A DNA stretch of 46,829 bases from Kiritimatiellia bacterium (GTDB lineage Bacteria > Verrucomicrobiota > Kiritimatiellia > SLAD01): positions 1 through 46,829 of the forward strand of contig SLRP01000009.1 of assembly GCA_007130845.1 (NCBI GenBank). The letters run 5' to 3'. Below are positions 40,117 through 46,829 of the stretch, piece after piece. The position numbers and the translations under genes were made by a program. The notes under the pieces were generated by a model. That model did no database searches, had not been told where the DNA came from, and saw only the letters and a program-made list of their open reading frames with translations. Positions within the stretch are counted from its first letter, which is position 1. Every line of letters starts with the position of its first letter.

Positions 40117-41409
40117 TTATTGCGCCTGTTTATCGTGAAAGAACCAGACCAGGAAGACCAATGTGAAAACAATGAAGAAAAGGATGCCGGCCCAGCTCAG
40201 TATCCGCAGAGGCTTACGCGGGCGGAAAATATCCGGAACAACATCCAGTTGGATTGCACGGTAGTTGAGCCACGCGAATATGGGCGATGTCAGAAACGAT
40301 ATTATCATCGCCACCTGAAGCATGGCGCCCAGCGTGCCCAGGAAAAATTTTACGATCACATAAGTCGCCGCTACGCATAATGCTATCCAGATGGTATGGA
40401 TGGTCCTGAAACGGTTTTCCCATGAACGTTCGGCAATGAGTATGGAGCATACCGCCAATGATCTGGGCCATCCATCGACGCAGGTCAATGTCGTACTGAA
40501 CATTGCGCTGAAAGCGGCAATTGCGATTACCCAGTAGGACCAAGGCCCGATGGTATCTACATACATGGATATGAATTGGCTTGCGAACGCCGCGCTTTGT
40601 TCGGGGAATTCCTGGCCGCTGCCGTGCAGTACCAATGCGCCTAGCCCTAGAAAAAACATGGCTGTAACCACCGTTCCGATGTAGCCGATATGAAAATCCG
40701 TCATCGCCTCGCTCATTGTGGCACGGTGCCGAGTCTGCCTTTCCCGGGAATCCATCCACAGAGACGGCCATGCGGCGACGTCTATGGGAGCCGGCATCCA
40801 GCCCATGAAGAGGATGATGAAGCCCACCGAGGCCAGGTTCCAAGGCGTTGGGCTGATGAAATCCGCCTCCGCCACCGGCCCTGTCCAAAGAGCGGCGGTG
40901 ATGGCTGCCAATGTGGAAATCGTCAGTGAAATTACGACAACCTTGGCGACTGTGTCCAGCAGCCGGTATCTGCCCAGCACTATGATGCCCGCGCAGAGCA
41001 ATGCCATTAACGCGGTCGACTCCGGAATAGGAATAAAATCTAAACCGATATTGATCGCAAGGCTGGCAGTGATCATGGACACCCCGGCGATGTTGAGCGC
41101 GGCGTTGATCAGGTTAAGCATGAAAAATGCGTATAATGCACCGCGGCCCAGGCGTTTATAACCGTGCAGGATGCTTTCCCCGGTGGCCGCGCGATACCGT
41201 TCCCCGTAGAGGAAAAAAGGGTATTTGAACAGGTTTACAAGGAGCATCACCCCAAGCAGGGACCACCCGAACAGGGCGCCGGCCTGGGTGGAGGAAACCA
41301 GGTGCGATCCGCCTATGGCAGCGCCGGCCATGAGAATTCCCGGCCCGATCGCCTTGATCAGATTCTTGCGTGTAGTAAACCCGCTGCTTATTCCATGTTC
41401 AGCTTGCAT
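40117..41409 (-). CDS. Nramp-superfamily (COG1914-like) transporter, divergent and lacking the canonical DPGN motif
   Basis: 430 aa with about 11 TM helices. The N-terminal GPGILMAGAAIGGSHLVSSTQAGALFGW aligns with the Nramp TM1 region but has AIGGSH where MntH has DPGN. Confidence 0.65.
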   Translation of the reverse strand: MQAEHGISSGFTTRKNLIKAIGPGILMAGAAIGGSHLVSSTQAGALFGWSLLGVMLLVNLFKYPFFLYGERYRAATGESILHGYKRLGRGALYAFFMLNLINAALNIAGVSMITASLAINIGLDFIPIPESTALMALLCAGIIVLGRYRLLDTVAKVVVISLTISTLAAITAALWTGPVAEADFISPTPWNLASVGFIILFMGWMPAPIDVAAWPSLWMDSRERQTRHRATMSEAMTDFHIGYIGTVVTAMFFLGLGALVLHGSGQEFPEQSAAFASQFISMYVDTIGPWSYWVIAIAAFSAMFSTTLTCVDGWPRSLAVCSILIAERSWENRFRTIHTIWIALCVAATYVIVKFFLGTLGAMLQVAMIISFLTSPIFAWLNYRAIQLDVVPDIFRPRKPLRILSWAGILFFIVFTLVFLVWFFHDKQAQ

Positions 41410-41460
41410 GGTATGGTCGTAATCAATTATTGGAATTGGAATGGCTCATAAAGGTTCGAA

Positions 41461-41489
41461 ATATTGGCTGGCGGCAGCCATGTAGTCAA
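41461..41489 (-). promoter_or_regulatory. Candidate sigma70 promoter for the Nramp-like gene (TTGACT-17 nt-CAATAT on the minus strand)
   Basis: The reverse complement of 41484-41489 is TTGACT, and that of 41461-41466 is CAATAT. It lies about 50 nt upstream of the ATG at 41409. Confidence 0.4.
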
Positions 41490-41497
41490 TGAGGAAT

Positions 41498-41539
41498 AGT
41501 TGAAAATATCAACTCGAAGACATTCATGTCTTGAAAATA
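41498..41539. promoter_or_regulatory. Two adjacent palindromes plus a direct repeat upstream of the Nramp-like promoter
   Basis: AGTTGA-AAATA-TCAACT at 41498-41514 and AAGACAT-TC-ATGTCTT at 41517-41532. TTGAAAATA occurs at 41500-41508 and again at 41531-41539, 31 bp apart. Confidence 0.35.
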
Positions 41540-41564
41540 GGGCCTTGCCGGTTTTCCCATACGC

Positions 41565-41603
41565 AAAAAAATAACGGCGGAAATATTCCGCCGTTATTTT
41601 TTT
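41565..41603. terminator. Bidirectional intrinsic terminator
   Basis: AAAAAA-ATAACGGCGG-AAATATT-CCGCCGTTAT-TTTTTT: a 10-bp stem flanked by A- and T-runs, 54 nt downstream of the stop of the small Cys-rich gene. Confidence 0.8.
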
Positions 41604-41656
41604 GAACAATAAATACTGGCGCGACTGATTACATCAGGTTCGCGCCTCCAACGCCA

Positions 41657-41917
41657 TTAACAATCGCCCTTTTTTCCGGATTTCGAGGGGTTGTCCTTGT
41701 CCGAACAATCAGATTTTTTCTCGCAATCACCCTTTGGATTACGGTCCTTCTTTTCGTCGCAATCCGCCTTCTTAACCGTGCATTCGGCGGGATTGGATAT
41801 TTCTCCGGCTCCGGACACCGGGCATACAGCCCCTTCACCGTGGACAGTGGGATTCAGGACAAGCAGTGCCCCTCCGACAATACCTAGCGCCGCGATACTC
41901 GCAATCCATTTATACAT
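41657..41917 (-). CDS. Small secreted Cys/Lys/Asp-rich protein (hypothetical)
   Basis: AAGGAG 9 nt upstream of the ATG at 41917. Signal peptide MYKWIASIAALGIVGGALLVLNPTVHG. The 59-aa mature part has 6 Cys, four in xDC context, and ends in GDC. A strong terminator follows. Confidence 0.6.
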   Translation of the reverse strand: MYKWIASIAALGIVGGALLVLNPTVHGEGAVCPVSGAGEISNPAECTVKKADCDEKKDRNPKGDCEKKSDCSDKDNPSKSGKKGDC

Positions 41918-42054
41918 AATAATCAACTCCTTTGTTACAAGATCCCCTTAACACCTTATAGGGTATACCATTATAAACGGAATTCAATGATAGATGAATA
42001 ATAATTATTATTTTTACGGTTGTGACGGAAAAGGCGTGCCTGAGGGCAGGTTGC

Positions 42055-43140
42055 TTATCCAGATATGCGTTCAAGTGCCCATTTCGCATGTTCGCGTATT
42101 AGCGGTTCTGAATCCGCTACGGCACGTTCAAGCGCCGGCTTCGCTGATGGATCACCCCAGTTGCCTAGTGCTACCGCCACGTTTCTCAACAGGCCGCGTC
42201 GTTTTGCGCGTATAACCGGTGTCTTGCGAAACCTTTTCCTGAAACCATCTTCATCCAGTTCAATGAGATCCAGAAGGCGGGGCGCGGATATTTCATGATC
42301 GTATGTCAGAAAGTTGTCTTCAAGCGCCCGGGAATAGCGTCGAACCCATGGGCATATCGACTGACATTCGTCACAGCCGAAAATCCAGTTGGACATCTTT
42401 ACCCTGAGCGGTTCGGGAATGGAGCCGCGCAGTTCTATTGTCAGGTACGATATGCACCTGTTGCTGTCTAGGATATACGGAGCAGGAAAGGCATGCGTGG
42501 GACAGATATCCAGGCATCGTCGGCACGACCCGCATGTGCCTGCGCGGCGGATATCTTGTTCCGGTTTTGCCGGATATGTGGCACCGTCATCCTGAGCCGG
42601 TTCATCCGGATCTAGTTCCAGGTCGGTGAGGATCCCTCCCAGAAACACGTAGGAACCGAGTCCTGGATTGATGAGCAATGTATTTTTTCCTATGAAACCC
42701 AGACCCGCCTCAGCCGACCATGACCGTTCAAGTACCGGCCCGGTATCGATATAATACCGGCACCGGGTTTCCTCCGAGGTCTCCTGCTTGATAAATTCAA
42801 CAAGCGATTTCAGGAGGGGTGTAATAACATCATGATAGTCCTGACCCCATGCATATCTCGCTATGCGTCCCCGGGACGGGTCGTTCCATTTTTCGGGCGG
42901 CGGATTTTGAATGAAATAGCTGACGCCGACCATGATAAGCGAGCGAGCGCCCGGAACAACAATTCGTGGATCAACGCGCCGTTCAGGTTTGCGGGCCAGC
43001 CAGTCCATATCAGCGTGCCGTCCAGCCGCAAGCCAGTTCCGGAAAGCATCAGCGTGACGGTTTTCCCCCGCCGGCGCTATCCCGGCCAGTTCGAAACCCA
43101 GCTCCACAGCCTTTTGTTTTATGCGTTCCTCAATAGTCAT
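42055..43140 (-). CDS. queG: tRNA epoxyqueuosine(34) reductase
   Basis: CGSCRRCLDICPT and CDECQSICPW 4Fe-4S motifs, CISYLTIE, and a C-terminal HEAT-like repeat (DSEPLIREHAKWAL). Start at MTIEERIKQKAVELGF. Confidence 0.9.
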   Translation of the reverse strand: MTIEERIKQKAVELGFELAGIAPAGENRHADAFRNWLAAGRHADMDWLARKPERRVDPRIVVPGARSLIMVGVSYFIQNPPPEKWNDPSRGRIARYAWGQDYHDVITPLLKSLVEFIKQETSEETRCRYYIDTGPVLERSWSAEAGLGFIGKNTLLINPGLGSYVFLGGILTDLELDPDEPAQDDGATYPAKPEQDIRRAGTCGSCRRCLDICPTHAFPAPYILDSNRCISYLTIELRGSIPEPLRVKMSNWIFGCDECQSICPWVRRYSRALEDNFLTYDHEISAPRLLDLIELDEDGFRKRFRKTPVIRAKRRGLLRNVAVALGNWGDPSAKPALERAVADSEPLIREHAKWALERISG

Positions 43141-43287
43141 GACTACATGATGAAAACACAAATAAAGCCGGGAAACAATCCGCCCATGTGTTATTACTAT
43201 TCCATTTATAACGGTGAAAACAGCTTGACCTTGCAGTTTTCCTGCAAAGAATTTCAATAAAGGCTGGGGACCTGTTGAAACAGGCGC

Positions 43288-43797
43288 ATGAATATGGCTA
43301 AGACCGTAATTGTTAACGATATGATGCAGAGCGGATACAAGTACATGCTGTCCGAGCCCAGTGGTAAGAACTTCTCTCCGGATTTTTCTCCGGAATTAAG
43401 TCCCTCCGAGATGCTGGAGCTGGGGGTGTTCGGGGGCAAATACATGACGGATTGCAGGGATGAATTTCCGAAGTCATGGTTCAAGAACGCGAGGTTATGC
43501 CATGAAAAACATGATCCGGAATTAAACTTCTTCAAGATTAATGCGTCCAAATCCTTATCCTACTGGAAGGGAAAAGGCTGGATCTACTGGGAGGATCCCC
43601 GCGGGTGGTTCCAGTGGTATTGCAGATATTACATTGGAAGACGATGTCCCGACGATGACCGTCAGATAAAGAGATGGAAGGCCATGAAGCGTCATATAGC
43701 TCAGGTCAGGAAAAACTGCAGAAAAGGCGACTGGTCTTGCCGTCGCAAGCAAAGGCAGGCCCTTCTTCATTGGGCATATGACAGTCGGAAATATTAG
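43288..43797 (+). CDS. Conserved-looking hypothetical protein (Trp/Arg/Tyr-rich, family not recognised)
   Basis: 169 aa, soluble. It carries a striking motif: WKGKGWIYWEDPRGWFQWYCRYYIGRRCPDDDRQIKRWKAMKRH. I cannot name the family from memory. Confidence 0.6.
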   Translation: MNMAKTVIVNDMMQSGYKYMLSEPSGKNFSPDFSPELSPSEMLELGVFGGKYMTDCRDEFPKSWFKNARLCHEKHDPELNFFKINASKSLSYWKGKGWIYWEDPRGWFQWYCRYYIGRRCPDDDRQIKRWKAMKRHIAQVRKNCRKGDWSCRRKQRQALLHWAYDSRKY

Positions 43798-44359
43798 CCA
43801 CTTGAAAAATCTTCACATGGACTGGTTATCATGTCGGCCCATTTCAAACGATTCATTATCCGGATCGCGTCACTTGATACTGGCGTCGTCTCAGCATGAA
43901 AGTTACAGCGCGATGTATTTGTAAAGAATCGCAAAGTGATTTTTATGAATAGGGACCACCGAAGATGTCAGACACCGCTGCAGGAGGTAATTCCGCCACC
44001 CATATCCAATTTTAGTAATTTACATCTTTGAAAGTACAATTGGGTGTATGTAAACTTTTGTCATAGTGATTATTTTCTGTTTCATATTTTAATATCAGCG
44101 TAACTGGGTAAAAAGAATTTCACCATTATTTTCAATATCCGGCGTTAGGCCGTCCTGGGTTTAACGTCGGGCTGCAGTTCCGAATGAATGGATCGGCTGG
44201 CGGGTGGGGATGGGCCGTGCGGATATCCAGTCGAGTTATCCGCTACGTATCGCAGAATCCCGGGGCCGGAATGTCGTACGAGAACGAAATGAACTGTACA
44301 AATTACTATAATACGCAATTTACCCTCTGATTCGGATGAAACAAGATAGAGGTAAGAGA

Positions 44360-44692
44360 ATGAGCGAATATATACCGCGGGTAATAGTTCCTGAAGGATA
44401 CAGGGGCAAGATCCTGCTCGTACTGGTTAGACATGCTGGCGAGGAGATAATCGTTCTTCGGTCCGGCGATTTATGGCATAGGGAAATACTGCGAAATGCC
44501 CGTACGGAGATTGCAGCCTCAGGTCTTACGGATGCGGAGGTAGAGCAAATAGGGGGCGCATATCTCACCTTTGTTGACAGCGGCACGATAGAAATAGGCG
44601 GCACTAGTGAAGAATTCGGAAGATGCGATCTCGACCATGCCGCTGATCTAATCCGCTCAGCATGGCCGGAATGGAATGTAGTGGTGCGCTGA
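44360..44692 (+). CDS. Hypothetical small soluble protein
   Basis: GAGGT about 8 nt upstream of the ATG (MSEYIPRVIVPEGYRGK...). Its composition is balanced, unlike the Ser/Arg/Pro-rich antisense ORF 44320..44730. Confidence 0.5.
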   Translation: MSEYIPRVIVPEGYRGKILLVLVRHAGEEIIVLRSGDLWHREILRNARTEIAASGLTDAEVEQIGGAYLTFVDSGTIEIGGTSEEFGRCDLDHAADLIRSAWPEWNVVVR

Positions 44693-44737
44693 CGAAGCTG
44701 TTTCCATGTCCCTTGACTCTTCCTTTCCACAGTAACT

Positions 44738-45439
44738 TCAATCCTTGTTCATGGCCCATGCATTAAGCAAAATTGCAGCTTTTGCTGCTACATCGCCAGT
44801 CAACCTTGCGCAGCGTTCCTGCCGCTCGGCGCTAGTCCTTCTGTGCCCTGTGATGCTCATCCACTTACGCCGCGAATGCCGGCAAGTCACTGAACCGGCA
44901 ACGGTAGATACTAGATTTGCTGAAGTGAAGTATTCGGCTACCAGAAATTCGCGTTCTCGCGCGTAAACATTGGATATATCTGTGGGCAGCGGCGTTTGGC
45001 GATAATAGGTCAGTAACGCTTCAGCCAGCTGATCGTAGTCATCATCCACAACCAGATTGATCGCAGCCAATGATCCCAGCAATGCTCCGCAAATGTCACC
45101 TTCTCCCACAATTCCTCCCCGGCCGAATTCAAGCATGTGTGCTGGAATACCTGTATATGGCGCGCCAACGGACTCCTGCAATGGAGCCAGGAGTGCATAA
45201 AAAGCACCGTAGGAGCATCCCTTTTCGTAATATCCCCAGTGCCCCAATTTTCGTACCTGTTCAACATTCAATTTCTCATATGGCCAATGAGTCTCCGGCT
45301 GGCCCCCTTCATCTCCTGCAGGCCTGGTTTCGGCAGCGCCTGCGACGGCTCCAGGGGTCTGCAAAAATAGAGCCAGCACGCCAAGTGTTATCCAATGGAA
45401 ATAATTTTTAAGGTATATCTTGCCTGACATAATAGTCAC
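44738..45439 (-). CDS. C_GCAxxG_C_C family protein with N-terminal signal sequence
   Basis: GCSYGAFYALL and DICGALLGSLAAI motifs plus C-terminal CRHS...CARLTGDVA, typical of the putative redox-active C_GCAxxG_C_C family. Confidence 0.7.
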   Translation of the reverse strand: MTIMSGKIYLKNYFHWITLGVLALFLQTPGAVAGAAETRPAGDEGGQPETHWPYEKLNVEQVRKLGHWGYYEKGCSYGAFYALLAPLQESVGAPYTGIPAHMLEFGRGGIVGEGDICGALLGSLAAINLVVDDDYDQLAEALLTYYRQTPLPTDISNVYAREREFLVAEYFTSANLVSTVAGSVTCRHSRRKWMSITGHRRTSAERQERCARLTGDVAAKAAILLNAWAMNKD

Positions 45440-45789
45440 GTCCTCTCTATTTGTAGTGCCGCTCGGTTCCTATACATACACAACGTGAATGCCAGCCATT
45501 TATTGCATGTACTAAACATCTCAATACGTTCTGTATCTGCAACCTATGGGTATCCCCATAAAGAAGAGCAAAATCAAAAAGGATCAGATATAGCCCGACT
45601 CGCCAATCTTAATGCGCGGAGATTGGAGGAGCTTGGATTAGAATGGCAGACTCATGCCTTTGTAGTGTTTAATTGCCCTTTTTATTTTCTGAAAAGAAAA
45701 TCAATAGAGCTGCAACGCGTCATTATGATTATCCGGAAAGTTTGTTATTATTTCCATCTCATAATAAACTTGGTAGGTTTATCGTATAG

Positions 45790-46829
45790 ATGCACAGGCG
45801 GGATACATTTGAAGTCATTACGGGTGCCGCAGCCGTTATTGGAGATGCTGCGGCCATATTCATGGGATTCATGCTGGCTGTCTGGATCCGTTTTTTCAGC
45901 GGCTGGATCCCGGCTCCTCCCGAGCATGAGTTGCCCCCGATGTCGTTGTATTTGTACGGATCGGGGATTGGAACCCTGCTTTTCCTGCTGATTTTCGCTG
46001 TATTGGGTTTGTACGACCGGCCGCAGGTCGGCGGATTCGCAGACAAGGTTCCACGTCTTTCCCGCGCTGTACTATGGGGGATATTTGTGGCGATGGTGCT
46101 GGCGTTTGCGATTGCCACGGATCCGCCTTTCTCTCGTCTGGTTGTAGGTCTCTCCTTTCTTACAGTACTGGGTCTGGTAATTTTAGAGCGGTATGTGTTG
46201 TTCAAATCGGAGATTGTACTCGCCCGGGGCCGTAAATTGTCCAATCGTGTTGTGGTTCTTGGTGTTGATGAGTCTGCAGGCAATTTAAAATCAGTGTTGG
46301 AGGGAGAACCTAGACTCAGGTCCCGTGTGATTGCCTTTCTTAAAACGAATGATTCCAAACCCCATCCGTCCGTACCCAAGGATGAAATTGCTGGAACACT
46401 GGATGACCTCCCCGAATTATTACTCAATGAGCAGGTGGATCATGTTATTCTTTCCAACCCCGGTCTGCCCCATGAACGAATGGTGGACATAATCATGCAT
46501 TGCGAGCGGGCCATGGCGAAGTTTCATATGGTTCCAGACCTGTTCAGAATACTCACAAGCAATGTTAAAATCAGTACGATCGGAGGAATACCCTTGTTGG
46601 GTATAGGGAAGTGGCCGCTGGATTATTTCTGGAACCGCGTTCTCAAGCGGGTGGAGGATTTGGCAGGCGGCCTGGTCGGACTATTGATTTCTTTACCCGT
46701 GGTGGCCTTTTCGATCCTGGTCATCAAGTTAACATCTCCGGGCCCGGCTTTTTACCGCCAGGAGCGGTGCGGGGAAAACGGCAAGCCGTTCATAATCTAC
46801 AAGCTGCGCACAATGCCCGTTGACGCTGA
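45790..46829 (+). CDS. Polyprenyl-phosphate glycosyl-1-phosphate transferase (WbaP/EpsB-like priming sugar transferase), 3' end outside the window
   Basis: Absent from the ORF track because it has no stop in the window. My translation in the frame of 45790 gives MHRRDTFEVITGAAAVIGDAAAIFMGFMLAVWIRFF. It continues ...RVVVLGVDESAGNL...VDHVILSNPG and ends ...KRVEDLAGGLVGLLISLPVVAFSILVIKLTSPGPAFYRQERCGENGKPFIIYKLRTMPVDA, the bacterial sugar transferase signature. Confidence 0.85.
   Translation, partial: MHRRDTFEVITGAAAVIGDAAAIFMGFMLAVWIRFFSGWIPAPPEHELPPMSLYLYGSGIGTLLFLLIFAVLGLYDRPQVGGFADKVPRLSRAVLWGIFVAMVLAFAIATDPPFSRLVVGLSFLTVLGLVILERYVLFKSEIVLARGRKLSNRVVVLGVDESAGNLKSVLEGEPRLRSRVIAFLKTNDSKPHPSVPKDEIAGTLDDLPELLLNEQVDHVILSNPGLPHERMVDIIMHCERAMAKFHMVPDLFRILTSNVKISTIGGIPLLGIGKWPLDYFWNRVLKRVEDLAGGLVGLLISLPVVAFSILVIKLTSPGPAFYRQERCGENGKPFIIYKLRTMPVDA

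Noticed and set aside
41410-41564. yybP-ykoY-type manganese riboswitch in the leader of the Nramp-like gene.
   Set aside because: The leader after the candidate promoter is only about 50 nt long. It lacks the conserved elements of the motif as I recall them.
45485-46427. ORFs 45485..45991 (+, 168 aa) and 45759..46427 (-, 222 aa).
   Set aside because: A third frame (45790 onward, plus strand) encodes a clear priming sugar transferase that continues to the window edge. The two listed ORFs have odd composition and overlap it.

Overview
This is a gene-dense 46.8-kb bacterial chromosomal segment with about 45 protein-coding genes on both strands, mostly housekeeping. Recognised content, in order:
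- A tandem pair of ABC exporter genes, an SGNH hydrolase, xthA, a CPBP protease, a Ser/Thr kinase, rdgB, an RluA-family pseudouridine synthase and gcvT.
- A four-gene run: UVR-motif protein, TatD-like hydrolase, UbiA prenyltransferase, alkaline-phosphatase-family protein.
- hpt, obg, ilvC and a GT4 glycosyltransferase.
- An FHA protein coupled to an orphan pseudopilin, and a secreted NPP phosphodiesterase.
- dnaK-groES-groEL, rpoZ, smpB, the surA-pdxA-rsmA block, rpsB-tsf and two dehydrogenases.
- A divergent Nramp-family transporter, queG, a C_GCAxxG_C_C protein, and the start of an exopolysaccharide locus (priming sugar transferase running off the right edge).

I found no rRNA, tRNA, CRISPR array, transposase, integrase or phage genes. 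The window reads as core chromosome, not an accessory island. Prepilin-type N-termini, an SHD1-domain secreted protein and zinc-ribbon/coiled-coil proteins suggest a PVC-type lineage (Verrucomicrobiota, Kiritimatiellota or Lentisphaerota). That is inference only.

The most interesting items, all hypotheses from reading the sequence:
1. A compact TatD-UbiA-AlkP operon resembling an ebo cluster that lacks its cyclase and TIM-barrel genes.
2. A near-consensus sigma54 -24/-12 motif, with an upstream palindrome, in front of dnaK-groESL.
3. A membrane-anchored FHA protein overlapping (TGATG) an orphan GspJ-like pseudopilin.
4. A small secreted Cys/Lys/Asp-rich protein next to an Nramp-family transporter that lacks the canonical DPGN motif.
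5. An ORF-free interval of about 520 bp flanked by two uncharacterised proteins.

Many long ORFs in the track are antisense shadows and were rejected.
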